DNA from: the human T2T-CHM13v2.0 reference genome, Homo sapiens
NCBI RefSeq assembly: GCF_009914755.1
Contig: NC_060932.1
Reading direction: 5' to 3' (one strand)
Length of the DNA stretch: 64,000 nucleotides
The notes under the pieces are model-generated. The model was not told the DNA's origin. It saw only the letters and a program-made list of their open reading frames with translations, and searched no databases. Made by a program: the position numbers and the translations under genes. Every line of letters starts with the position of its first letter. The stretch's first letter is position 1. Of this stretch, positions 1 to 13,620 are shown piece after piece.

Positions 1-294
1 CTGAAATTTGTAGGGCAAGCCAGCAGCCTGGAAGCTTAGTCAGGATTTCTATGTTGCAGTTTTGAGGTCAAATTTCTTCTTCCCTGGCAAACCTCAGTTT
101 TTGCTCTCAGGACTTCCAATTGATTCAGTGAGGCCCACCCACATTATTGAGGATAATCTCTTACTTAATGTGAGCTTATTTTAGATGTTAAACACGTCTA
201 CAAAGTGCCTTCACAGCTGCACCTAGATTAGTGTTTGACTAAATAACTGGGTATTATGGCCTACCCAAGTTGACACATAAAACTGCACGTTACA
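1..294 (-). mobile_element. MLT2-type ERVL LTR (truncated by window start)
   Basis: Ends ...caagttgacacataaaact...aca, the reverse complement of the MLT2 5' end. Confidence 0.75.
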
Positions 295-606
295 AGTGCT
301 TTTCCCTATTTCTTCTGCATTTCCAGATTATTTCTCTTAAATTGCAGAGAGCAGAGCTATACATAGCTATCCAGGTCTAACTTCACGAAGAATAGAATGG
401 TTTCTTTTCATTTTCAATGTACATCATACTTTGTCAGACTTTTTTTTCAGTTGCAGCTCTTCGTTGGACTGGTGATAGTATTGGCTTTATTAATCTCTCA
501 TTCTCTCACTTATTCATTCCACAAACATTTGTAGAAGGCCACCAAGCTCTAGGGAGAGGAAAATGGTTTTATAAATTAGTGCTTTCTGGGATAAAGGAAA
601 TTTATA

Positions 607-760
607 ATCTGTACTACTTAATAGTAGCCACTAGCCACATGTGGTTTTCGAACACTAGGAGTATACTTAGTATTACTGTGGAAGTAGATTTTTATTTTCA
701 TTTAATTGTAATTAATTTAGGTTTACATTTAAATGTCTAAATGACACTACTGTATTGGGA
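607..760. mobile_element. MER3/MER33-like hAT-Charlie fragment
   Basis: gtagccactagccacatgtgg...ttttattttcatttaattgtaattaatttag signature. Confidence 0.6.
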
Positions 761-780
761 AATATAATTTCCCTTATGCA

Positions 781-860
781 ATTGTGGTACAAAATTCATT
801 GTGGTTTTTATCATTAAAAGTAATGGCAGAAACCACAATTATGTTTGTACCAACCTAATA
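781..860. mobile_element. MADE1 mariner MITE
   Basis: About 80-bp imperfect palindrome ending aaaagtaatggcagaaaccacaattatgtttgtaccaacctaata. Confidence 0.85.
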
Positions 861-3800
861 CATTATTGAGTTTCTTTTACTAAGATACAGGGATAAATTA
901 GATTTTGATTATTGTTTCAGAGATTGTTAGAGTAAGAAGGAACTTCGAGCAAAAGAGGATTTTAGAGTTGTTTTTCTTTTGTGGATGAGGACTCAGAGGT
1001 CATATGAACTGCTGAGAATTAGAGCTTGTTAGCAGTAGTGCAGGACCCAGAACTTGGATTGGCTGCCTGTCAATTCAGTGTTTATTTCCCTACCCTGTTC
1101 TATGTCCCCATCTAATTAGACCATTTGATTTTCCACCTGGAATCCCCAGCCCACTTTGACTCTAATTAACAAATGCCTCTAAAAATAGAACTCAACTTTG
1201 CACACGGTTTCAGAATGATTGCATCTTCCCTGCTCCATGGCAGAATGATCTGGCATTTTCTTTCAGGAGCTAGTTGGCTTATGACACACCTACCACCTCT
1301 GCAGTGATGCCAAAGGGATGTTCTCTCTACCTGACCTGCATATGCTTTATTGGAGAAGGAAAACCATTCTATCTGCATAGCACTGAGTCATCAGTATTTT
1401 CTTTGGAGAAAAATGTCACTTGGCCCACATGATGCAATTTTTGCCATAGCACTTTCCTTGATAAATCTTTAGCTGACAAAAACAGAGTGAGAAGAGCATC
1501 CTAAGAGTTTCTCACAGGACTATTGATCTATTTTCTTATACTAGTGAACTTCCTTTGTTCATTTGCACTGTGTAAAATAAATGCATTTATATTGACAGTG
1601 TGCCTTTGTCAGGATACCATCCTTATTAAAATAAGCTTGAAAATATTTTGCACTATACCAATAACAGGATGTCATATTGACTCTGCATTTAATATAATAT
1701 CAAAGTATTAAATATAGCCCATGAAGCACTCAAAGTTTGCTTCTGCTCTTTTTAGATAAAGTAAAATTTAAAAATAATGGCAATCAGTTGCTGCATAAAA
1801 TGGACCTGTGCCTTGCAATGGGCATTGGATTTGAGGAGCAGATGGAAAGTATCTCTGAGATGAGAACGATTAAGTAATATAATTTTAAACATGCTTTGCC
1901 AACAACAGATTTTCTGTCACACTGGTCAATTATTAAAGATGAAATTCTTATACCAGCTAGAAATGAGGATTGTTATTTAAGGGAAGGAGACGATACTATC
2001 TCTTGGTGCAGAGCTTTATTATTTGGGGCCAGACATCCAATCTGCTACCTGTGATTGACAAGATGATCCAAGTTCTATCATTCCTATGAGAGGTGAGTCA
2101 TCCATCCATTGCTATAAGAGAACCAAATTTAGATTGGATATTTGAGCGATAAACACAACTCCCCCAAATCTCTCAGGTAAAAACCAGTAATAACTAACCC
2201 TGAAAAATCTATGGGATAAAGGTCAGCAATTATAAAATCAACCACAATATAAAGACAGTAATCTGAGGTTGGGTAACTATTTTATTTTTATGGCAAAGTA
2301 TTGTAAATTATAATAAATGTAGCAAAACTGAATCAATCCAAATGGCCTCTCTTTCATTCTAATCACCTTTATCATTCTGTTATAAACCAGCTTGCTCTGA
2401 AATATATAACTAGTGAAGTATAAGGTCCCCAATTTTTTAGGGAAAGAATTCTAGGAAAGTTTATTGTTTAATATTTATCAATATCATTTGATACTTGTAT
2501 AATATCTTATTTCGATGAGTAAATTATATTTTTCCTTTAATCAGCCTTGGGACACTACTGGGAGTAATTAAAACATGTAAGATAATTATCAGCAAGATAA
2601 ATACAATATCAGACTCTTCCTAACAATATTTTATGTTTAATACTTTCATTCAGTTAAATGGGAGTTTTGCCTGCACAAGGACTGCTGGTTGGGAAGTCTA
2701 TAGAAGCAGCCAATATTTAAGTGGATAGATTAAAAATCAAATGCCCCTACATGACAAGAATAAGCAGAATGGTGTTTAGAGTGATAGGTACCAATGGCCA
2801 TAACATTTCTCATATGCTAAATTCAGACTTTTCTAATTTTATTTGTATAGAACCTCTTTCCAGAAATGGCTCCAAAGAGTGACTTGCCAGTGCTGTTTTA
2901 GCAGGTGCTCAGAGGAGATGCCTCCAATGCCCAGCCTGAGCTAATGAATGGAAAACAATCTTTTCCCTCTCACTGTCTCAGATTCTTATAACGATCCTAA
3001 AAAAAGATGAGAAAACCATCATTACACCTTGTTCACAGATGTTGAAACCAAGGTATATAGCCTGCTTCACTCACACGGCTTCTTAGTGACAGATAGAGGA
3101 CTTCACATGTTGCTGGGAACCCTTGGAGTTGGATGAAGAAGCCTGGAGCTCTAGTCTTAATGACTTCACTCTACAAAGAAAATAAACCAATATTCATGAC
3201 ACAGAGCAGCATTTCAGAATTGAGCAACAGGATCTAAAATGTTCTTATCTATTCCACTAACAAATTGTTATCGAGGTCCTAACTGTGTATGATCTTGTCC
3301 TAGAAGCTGTTGGCTATTTGAGGATTTAACAAATTCACATTTCAGCTTTCAGCGTCACCCTTTTATTGGAATACTTTCTTTCCTTTGTGCTAGTTTTGCT
3401 CTCTGGCAGGCTTTTCTCATGACGTGGCATCCCAGGGCTCTAACTTTCCTTCTCCTAGCCTGGAAAACTCACAGAAAAAGAAGGCGTCTTGACTGATGGT
3501 TCCAGTAAAAGTCACGAGGTTGAGTTTTACTGGATTGATCTGCATCATATACCCGTAACTGGACCAATCACAGTGGCCAGAGGGATTGGACACACTGATT
3601 GGCCAGGCCTGTGTCATGCACCTAGCCTTGAAGGCAGCATGTGTTGGGACAGCCCCGTGTAAAAGTTATTATAATGGGGTAGGCATTATTCTTTGAAGGA
3701 AAGTAGGATGTTGTCACCAGAAAAGGAGGAAATAGTGATGGGCAGGCAACAGCTGTCCTCCAGAGAAAAGTTAAAATGATTTCCATTTTATAAATGAAAA

Positions 3801-6800
3801 AGTTGAGGCTCAGTATGGTTAAGTGGCTTGAATATGAAAGGGAAAAAGATAAACAGTAGGAACAAAGTTCTTAACTTCTAGCCCTTGAGAAAATCTTCCC
3901 GGACATCCATCACATCTCTGAGGTCAGAAAGAAGTGTTCCAGTCACCTTTTAAATCCATTCACTGCCAATAGGAAAAAAACAAGAGAAGGAACTAATCAG
4001 ATTTTATAAATTCCTAAGAGCCCCGTGTATATTTTGGCTGGAAAGTTGTTTGTTCACTTGTATTTAATGAATGGCCCCTTATCTGACAATGCTGAAACAC
4101 CCATTTAAACTGCAACATCGGTATTTACGTCTGTTGAAGACATGTTGTTATTAAGTTGAAAAATTGCTATCTCAACAGACTCGTAGGCTTTTCAACTTTG
4201 TCTCCTAAGGTAAAAACTCTTTAACAAAGAGCCTTAGTGCTGTTAAGGACAAATGCTGAGAATTCAAAGAAGACACACTTTTGAGGGGATGATCTAAGAG
4301 GAATTACCACCCTGGATACCAATCAGGAAATGGCTGGCTTCACAGAAGAGCCGGCTCAGCATTTATAGTGATTAAGGTGCTTAGAATTACGCTTTCTTTA
4401 TTGACTTTTCCAAGCCCTCTCTGTTTTGAAAAACTAAACTGAAGTGCAAAGCATTTTGTTAACTTAATGAAGAATTTCTGACTTGTTTGTATCTTCATTA
4501 CGCCTTGTAAGATAGATACACCTGGAAAGAGTATTAGAATAAAAGCATGTTGATTCAAAAAAACCCTCCATAAGAAAATGACAGAAGCTGTGGCTGCTAT
4601 TGATGTTTGGCGTGGGCCCCAGAGAGAGGTATTGAGGCTTGCTCAAATTCTTTCCACTCCTCTGAATTTTATAGAGACTCAGCAACATTACTTAAAAAAA
4701 AAAAGCCATCAAATAGGTTAAATGGTAGTCTAACATCGTGCTTTCTGTCACTTTGTCATTCTGATTGACAGAGGTGAGGACTTCTTTCCAGCCCTGTGGG
4801 TGTAAGTGCCAAGAAGATAAAAAGAGCCAAGGAAATGACGTAAGGTCACCATGTGTCATGATGTCCTGAGTAGGGAATGGTGGCCCAGAGAAGTGGAAGG
4901 GCAAGATGTCCTCTCAGGGGCGGCCATCAAACTCGTAGAGCAGGACTGTGAAATGCTGAGAGCAAAGGATCTGCAGGAGCTGGCTGGATGCCAGGGCATG
5001 CAGGGGCACATGACGAAGCCTTTCCTTTCAGGGGGATAAAGTGTCCTGAGCCCCAGACTCTCTGAGAGGATCAAGGAATGGGCTGAGAAGGGTCCGTCCT
5101 CTGCAGAGCTAGAAGTGAGTGACAGTGAGAACTGGTGTGATGTACGTGTATGTGTGTATCCAAATTCATGTTCATATCTGTCATTTTGCTTGATTTATAA
5201 GGAATAATCCTAATTATAATGCTACATGTATATTGACTCATTAAATCCTCACAATAGCCCCGAGAGATGAGACAGGCAAATGAGGAAGCCATCCTCTTTC
5301 TTGCTTTACAGAGGAGGACACCAAGGTTAGAGGCCGTCGGGTGATTAGCCTTAAAACAGGAAAGCATTAATTGTAGGCAAGTCCATGAAAAGGTAGCCAG
5401 GTAACATGGCATAGTGATTAATGGCTTAGAATCTGAAATCAAACAGACTTTTATATCTTGGTTCTTCCATAACTGTCACATTCTCTTAGGAAAGCTACCT
5501 AACTTTGAGCCTCAGGTGTCTCAGCTACAAATGAAATTGTGATAAAACACATCTTTGTAGGTGTTTGTAATAATAAAATTAGAAAAAATAGTTAACACAG
5601 GACAAATCCTGGCACAAGCTAAATATTTAATAAACATTGGTAGCTATTTTTATTGTTGTTTTCTGACATGTTCCCAAGACAGGATCCAGATATAAGAAAA
5701 GATAGGTAGCTTGTTGTCAAAAGTGGTGTTCAGGTTAGGAACTGGGTTTTGGAAGCAGGGAAAAACCTAGTTATCAGAATTCAAACAAAAGGTAAGATCA
5801 GACTTTAGCAGTAGACCACTCTTATTTGCCTACTCACCATCTCTTCTTTCTTCTTTTAGTAATAGCACCCTACCTTTCCTTTGGGTCACTATGTTTTCCA
5901 AATTATTGGTTGCTGTGCTTCAGTGGGGCTCCATTTTCCAGACCATGACAGAGTACCCAACCAGGCCTGGCTGCTTAGAACACCATGTTCCCTGACTGTG
6001 ATAGTTTAGCTTTGGACATGTGGACTAAACTAATTAGAGTGCATTATGGGACTTTTTTTTTCTTTCAAACTAGTGGTAAAGAGGCACTGTCTTTCCACTG
6101 GCGCTGCAAAGCTACTACAATATAGGTCTGAGGGGCTGGAGGCCATCTTGCTGCCCCAAAGGGAGCATCTTTTTGATGCCATGAAGTCGACCTGGAGGAA
6201 GCCACAGCTGAGAGATAGTGGGAAACTAACTCCCCAATTACATGGTTTGAGGTAACTGTGCATAAAACCAGCTCTGCTCCTGGTTGAGGCATTTTTTCTT
6301 CCTCTTTATAAATGGACAGTTTTTGATTCTCAAAATGTCCTCCTTGTTTAATATCTGGAAATGTCTAGAAAACAAGGCCAATCTATGCCTCAGGTGGGAG
6401 CCAAGGTACCCCAAGTCATCTAAGAAGAAGGCTGCAGGGACTCAGAGACAAGCAGCAGCATCTGGGCTATGCGTCCCTCTGTAAAAAAGAGGATGACATT
6501 TCTTCCGTCTCTATTTCAGGTATCATTTTCTCTCCTCTAACCCCATTTCTTGAAAAATTTAACTACTAGGAGTTTGTGAAGATATCACCTCATGGGTTCA
6601 TTGATAAATGACAGGTGATTTTATGCTTTCCTGAGATAGGTTCAACATGCCAGAGTGTCTTGTGCTCCAGACCTTGAAAGATGAGATTCCTGGAAAATGT
6701 TTTAATGTGGGTTGTATTGTTCTGTCTCACCAACCATTCAGAGAATTTTAATTAAGCTCTGTTGTATTCATCCCTTACTCTTAATAAAGCCCTTTATTTC

Positions 6801-7507
6801 ATAACTCAGTTCAGAATAGTTAAATATTTTGTTTGAAGTACAGCCCCTGCCAATTCACCACACAGGAGGGGTGAACAGTTAAAGGAGTTGGTGTAAATGA
6901 AAAACCCCTTGAGACTCATTGAGTGTCAAGGTCTGAGCTGGGAGGGAGAAAGCCCCGGCTCTAATTTCAGCTCTGCCGGAGAGAGACTGGGACAACTCAG
7001 CCTTCTTTTCCCAGAGCAAAAATGAAGATGCTGAATTTTGTTTACTTCACTGAGCATTGGCAGGAAGTTTTAGGAAGACAATGTCTTCAAAGCATAAAAA
7101 GTACTTGGAAAAAAGTCATCATATTACTTGTAGGGCCATGAAGATTCTCTGATGGATGCAATTGCATAAGAAAATGTGTTATTACAGACTCAATATCTAG
7201 TCCAGGGCGAATGCTGGGGTGTATCCCAAGGACTTTCCTGCTCTGCAAATTCTTTGTTTTTCCTTCAAGTGTGATCACATGCAGTTTTGCGGAGTCAGCA
7301 CTTTCTTTGTTTCATTGACTGTTGATTACTTCATTAACTCAGTACTTATCTCCTGAGTGTTTTACTATTTGTTCAGCACTACAGATAGAAAAAGTGGGTC
7401 AAGCATGACTGTTCCTTTATTCAGTCAACATCTATTTATCAAGCACCTACTATGTGCCAAGCAGTGAGGATATAAAGATGGTAGCCATAGTCACTGCCTT
7501 CTATAAT

Positions 7508-7660
7508 CTTGCTACTCAAATTGTGGTGAGGGGACCAGGAGCATCAGTATCTCCTAGGAGTTTGTTAGAGAAATACAGACAAACGGAATCAGCTTTTAAC
7601 CAGGATACTAACAAGATCCCTAGGCAATTTGTATGCACATGAAAGTTTGAGAGGCAAAGC
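7508..7660. mobile_element. MER5A-like hAT-Charlie element
   Basis: ctactcaaattgtgg...gcatcagtatctcctaggagtttgttag...aacaagatccc...tgcacatgaaagtttgaga. Confidence 0.65.
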
Positions 7661-9351
7661 TCTAAGCAGACTTATGTCATGGTGAGTTTAGTGGGAAAAT
7701 AATGAACTAGTGGTTTAGAAGACTGACTGATACTGGTTGCCAGCTTTCTGCTCTGATGCTTGTAATGGAATGGAAGCAAGTCATTTTTCCATGTTATGAC
7801 TCAATGTATTATCTTCAAAATAGAGATAATATTATTTGCCCTTCCTCCCTCATGTATTATTATGAAGATGAGATAAGAAAATTGTTGCAAAAGTGTAAGT
7901 GTTATCCAAAAGTAAGGTATTGCTATTGTAACATTTAAGATTTGGAGAAGCTTCTGTATACTAAGCCTGGCTGCATTGCCCAGGAACTGGAATTTTATTC
8001 TGATTTAACAATTGCCTGCATTGTGATTCTATGTTAGGGCATTCTTATCTCTACCATTCAGAGATGTGAGTAACAGGATTGCCAAGGCGCCAGCATGCAG
8101 AGAGGTTCTAGTGCTTCTTAGCTCTAGTTATACAGAAGTTGTTGTGCTAGACATTTTATGTATTCAACCAATTTAATAAAACTTAATGAGGGCTTGTCTA
8201 CTTGGAAAAACTTTGGGGTATGGCATGCTTGGTTCCCGCCCTCAAGTGGTGTTTAAGATGGTGAGGTAACATACAAAATAATTGTAATTCATGATACAAT
8301 AATGTAGATGCACTGAGTGTGGTTCAGACAATAGGTGAAGACATGGGTAGATTTATAAAACACAGAAGATTTGTGAAACGAGGACAACAGATTAACTAAA
8401 GATTATGTTTTTATCATCTGCTTCTTTAGCAAACTCACAGGGCAGCTGGGTCATGAGACCTCCCAGATGTTGGAGAACAGTATCACTAGATTACTGGAAA
8501 ATGATGACCTGGCTCCAGGTACAAACAAATGCCTTGTCTTAGCCATCAAGTTGGAGAATTCAGACACACAGCACTTAGAACAGAAGCTCTTTTTCTTTCC
8601 AAACATTTATATTGTTTCTCCAGGAAAGGGCTGTCCTACTGCTTGTCTACATTTAGGAATAATTATTAGATGAAATGAGATTAGGATTTGAATGGAAAAA
8701 ACTGCCCATATTCAATTGACAAGGACCATCACTGAACCCATACCTTCCTGTCTATATATCCCCTTCCACCTTGCCCCTCTGAACTACTATTCGGATTCCA
8801 TGACACAGAATTTGAACATTAAGGGAGTATACTTGGTGAACTAGCAACAATTTGGTGATGAAAGAGAGCAGAAAATCAATCTGGAGAAATTAAGTTTTCT
8901 TACAGAACACTTAAGCCCTGGGGTAATCACCAGAGTGAATTCCCCACTCAAAGGCTAAGCTGACCCCCGTCAGCTTTAAATCCCTAGCCCTCCTATTAAA
9001 ACTGTTTCATATGATAAAGTGAATTAATTGGCTGTTAAGTAAGCCAAAGGGTCTCGAGTTCCTACCTCTGCTGATTCAGCAGATTCTCATCTAAGTGAGA
9101 TTTAAGAGACTGGAGTCTACTGAGAGAAAAAGTGGGGGTGTTCAAAAAGCCACTCTTGTAGGTTATGCTTCCCCAGCTATAAAATATTCCATAGCAGTGT
9201 GAAAATGACCAATTTCAGCCTCCAGAATCACAGAAGCTGGGAGCAGCCTCAGAAATGGGAATGTAGAGATCTGAATTATACTTTAGGCTCTGTAAGTTAA
9301 TTGCCTTCTTTGTCTTTCTCTCTTCTGTCCTCTCTCTCTCTCTCTTTCTGT

Positions 9352-9663
9352 CTTAGAGACAGGGTCTTGCTCTGTCACCCAAGCTCTAGTGTGGTGGCTA
9401 CAGTGATCATAGCTCACTGTAGGCTCAAACTCCTGGGCTCAGGTGATTCTCCTGTCTCAGCCTCCTGAATAGCTGGGACTACAGGCTTGTGCCCCCATGC
9501 CTGGCTAATTTTTGAATTTTATTTTTTGTTTATAATTTTAGTTTTTATTTTTTGTAGAGACAGGGTCTCATTCTGTTGACCAGGCTGGTCTTGAACTCCT
9601 GGTCTCAAGCTATCTTCCTGCCTTGGCCTTCCAAACTGTTGGGATTATAGGTGTGAGCCACAG
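9352..9663 (-). mobile_element. AluJ with a (TC)n-derived tail
   Basis: Dimeric Alu with J diagnostics (gatcatagctcactg, tcctgggctcag, ctcaagctatc). Confidence 0.9.
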
Positions 9664-12320
9664 GTCTCATCTAACCTTCTTTGTCTTCTTAAATAGAAAA
9701 CCAGCAGGAGGAACTGCTCTAGTTGGTATGTGATGTAAAGTGAAAATAGCGAAAGGTTGTCTTTGCCCAGCATCATCCCTGTCTGCCATTTTGATCCTCT
9801 TTTCTCCCATCAATCTTCTAATTTTCTTTGTTCCTTTTTGGGGTACTTCTTCTCTTGTCCTACTGCCATTTTGAACTCCCTTGGTCCCCCTGCAATTTCT
9901 TCACCAATTTTGCATTTTGCTAGCAGCAGTAGGTATTCTCTTTACAATCATTCTTTCATTGTTATAATTTTATTTCTCTCCACAAATAAGCATGAGCACC
10001 TTCAGAAGACAAACACATGTTTTTTCCTCAGTGAAATTCCTTTTGGGTGAGAAAGTCATATGTCAATCAAGCAAATTAGTGAAATAGGTTAATTTCAGTT
10101 ACCAATAAATGCAAAACAGTTAAACAGTTGGAGGTCTGAAGATGAGGGTGAAGGATTAGGAGCCACTTTCTTCAGAGTGGGTAGGGAAGGGCTCATTGAG
10201 GCTGTGGCATATGAACTGAGATCTAATCAATGAGGAGGGGCTAGCTGTTCTGAGATCTGGGGAGGCTCATTCCATAGAGAGGAAATGCAGATGCAAAGCC
10301 ATTGGAAGTGCTTGAGGGTGGGCTAACAGGAGGGGGAGTTTTGGGACTTGTCTGGAAGTTGCATTTGCAGAGCAAGCACATTGTTTTGCTTATATTGTGT
10401 GTTGGTTGTGCGTTTATATTATGAGTGGCTTAAGGAGGGTTAGTAGAGATTTTTGTGGAGGGGAGAAGAGCTCCCCTACCAAACTTCTGTACGCCCTTTC
10501 TTGAAGACTTTGGCAAAGACTCAGATAAAAACAAGAAATGACAATAGGACCAGTGTGGTTGGAGTTTGCTGTGTTTGGGCAAGGTAGGATGACCCAAGGC
10601 CTAAGAAGTCTACAAGGCCTTATAGGTAGGCAGTGATGGCAAGGCGTTTGAATTTTGTTCTGAGTGTAATGGGATGGCACTGGAGGGCTTTGATTAGAAG
10701 TGACAGAATAGTGGTTTTCATGTTTTGATCTAAAAAATACCCAATTCACAGGCAGCTCCAGAATATGATTAAACTGAACTAAAATACTAAAACAATACTG
10801 ATGTCACGGACAATTGAAATTCTGTATAATTATCATTTATGATTACTGAAGCTAGGAATGGCATATTGTGTGACTCCTGTTCATAAGGCAACGGCTCAGA
10901 TGAAATGCAAGATAGAAAAAGGCAATTCTAAGTATCTTAGCTGTAAGTGTACTCTTTCTATTCTGCTCCAAAAAACATATCAGAATGCATGAGTAGCATA
11001 ATTTTGGGTACTAATTTCAGGTGTGTCTGGATTTTATATAAAGAATTAGAATTAGAACTCTTCATTACACATTACTCCCAGCATGCCTCCCAAACTGGTA
11101 GGTAACCTGTCTGTCCTTGAAGTTACTCTTTTTCTTCTTGCCACCATCAAAGTCTTTTCTCAGGTACCCATCACAGTGAAATCAGAAAAGTTCTGATGGT
11201 TTAGTTTACACTCAAGTGTCCATAGGAGACAGTGACTTCATATGTTTATTTGCTAAGAATGTGCATTTGAATAGGAGCAATGGTTTCATGTGAGTGAATG
11301 CAAGTATGAGTCAAGGTTATAGAAGGCCAGTATTTGGGCAAGAGCCCTTCTTAGAAGTCCTGAAACTACCCCACCTATACAGTCCTAATGGTTTATAATA
11401 CTGTTTCTTCCTACATCTTGTGGCTTCTACGCCCTCAGAAATGAATGCTGTAGCCCTCCAGAAATGCCTGAGACTAAAAAGGTAATGAAAAATAATTTGT
11501 AGCTATCAGCATTTTTGTCTTTCCGAGGAAAGACCCATCTTTAGAATAATTTATCTTTATATGAAGCAAAAGGGCTCTTCTGAATAATGCAAAACCACTA
11601 ACAGTTAAAACAATAGCTGATACTGTAGTATTTTCTGTGTGCCAGGCTCTTTTCTAAGCACTTATTTATATTAACTTATTTAATCCTGCAACAACCCTAT
11701 GTAACAGGTATTATTGTCATCCCAATTTTATGAACAAAAAAAAAGACAGTTATGGTAAATTCATATACTCTAAATATGTGGATAATTTAGGAGTTCTGAA
11801 TATGTAACATCACCTCAGTAAGAGCTTCAGCCACAGAGTCAGGTCCCAGAGGATCCGATTTATTAATTACTAAACTCATTTCTGCAGAATGCACCAAAGG
11901 CTTCCACTGTTGGGAAGGAAGATGCTTTATGAAAAAATTTTAGTCTTGTTAAGAGAGTGCAATAAAGCTATGGAGAGGTTTTCAACTTTTAATTATTTAA
12001 CAGTGAAATAGAATTTCAGATGAATCCCCCAGATGTAATTTATATTGTAATGTTTTACACTGCTTTATGTACAGATGTCAGGAAAGATGGCTCTAAATGA
12101 ATTTTATAGGACTTAAGGGAGAACTTGCAGTTCTAGCTCTAGGGATGAAGGCCTGTCTTCATCTCAGCAGGGAGCTACCAGCATCTCACGAACCAATATG
12201 ATGACATCTTCTTTAAAATCTGAAGAGGTCAGAGGTAAAAAGTCCATTCAGACTAAATATTTGACATCTAAGGTAAAATTGTAAGTTAATGCTAACTTTC
12301 CTGCTCTGCAAATTCTTTGC

Positions 12321-12448
12321 AGAGGCCTAGTTTGAAAAGGACAATCCAAGTTTTGATTACCTCTATCAGAAATAGTGTTCTGGAAAAGGCTCCAGATAGG
12401 CTGTACTTGTAGGCTAAGAGAAACTTGAATGTGATGCTGAGATACTGT
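12321..12448 (+). repeat. 128-bp local duplication, copy 1
   Basis: 122/128 identical to 13493-13620 by manual alignment. Confidence 0.95.
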
Positions 12449-13492
12449 CTTTTCCTTATGAACATGAGCAAGAATTTATTTGTTAGAAGTCACCAAAATT
12501 GTGTGATTACTCTTGTTCTAACTTCTTAAAGACTTAGCTGTTGCAAATTTAACTCAGAAACATTTTGGGTTACTTTTTCAGTTCAGATGGTATACCTTCT
12601 CTCTGTCTCAAAAAAAAAAAAAAAAACCAAAAAACAAAAAACAAAAAAACCTTGCAAAATAACAGTTGCTCTCAGATAAAATAAAAGCAACTGCCCATCT
12701 GTCATCATTGGTCTTTTAAAATCACAAGTTGTCTTTCTAATTTCTCTTCAACTTTTGACATACAACTCAAAACACCTTTTCACAGAGAGGTTATATGGTT
12801 ATTTCAAATACTGTCTAAAAACTCTATAAAGAGATTTGATTAAATTGGAAGCACAGATGACTGATACTCTTAAAATAATTGCTGCCTTAGTGATTCAACA
12901 TGTGAGCTCTGCCATTTATTACACTTTTAAGTGAACTAATCTAAATTAAAATCTTCTAAGATCAATAGCTCATTTTTTTTTTAACCACGGAGCATTCTTA
13001 ATGCATTGCCAAGCCAGATAAGTCATATTTTCAGACCTTGAGAGTCTACAGCAGCCTAATGTATATTTGGTAGCATATTTTACAGCAGGCTCCTTTTTTC
13101 TTTTTGCACAAATATATTAAAAAATAGCCATTCCAAGTGTGTCTCTAAACACATCTAGTTCCTTTTCTAAGCATACCTCCTCACTTGAAAGATATCATTA
13201 TTATCTTTTGATGTGTAAAACTACTTATCAATCTGGTCTTTTATTAACTGAACAACAATTTGAGTCATTCATCTGCATTGCTGTCAGGTGATGGTAAAAT
13301 TCTGGCAAATTTATAGAAAGAAAATAGTGTAAACAATTCAGTTAACATCGAAACTCACTCAAAGATGCGGTGTTGGAAATAAGGCAAATTCCTATGGGCC
13401 TCTGAGACAGGCCTAATGTCTGTGGGGATTCGGATTGGGTAGAAGTCAACTAAGTTAGCCTCCTTTTGTTTGGCTCCCATGGTAAGGAATAT

Positions 13493-13620
13493 AGAGGCCT
13501 AATTTGAAAAGGACAGTCCAAGTTTTGATTACCTGTATCAGAAATAGTGTTCTGGAAAAGGTTCCAGATAGGCTCTACTAGTAGGCTAAGAGAAACTTGA
13601 ATGTGATGCTGAGATACTGT
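13493..13620 (+). repeat. 128-bp local duplication, copy 2 (probable donor)
   Basis: Direct repeat of 12321-12448 at an offset of 1172 bp. Confidence 0.95.

Noticed and set aside
12241-12256. 16-bp match agtccattcagactaa with 15771-15786
   Set aside because: A 16-mer match is expected by chance in 64 kb of AT-rich DNA, and it does not extend.
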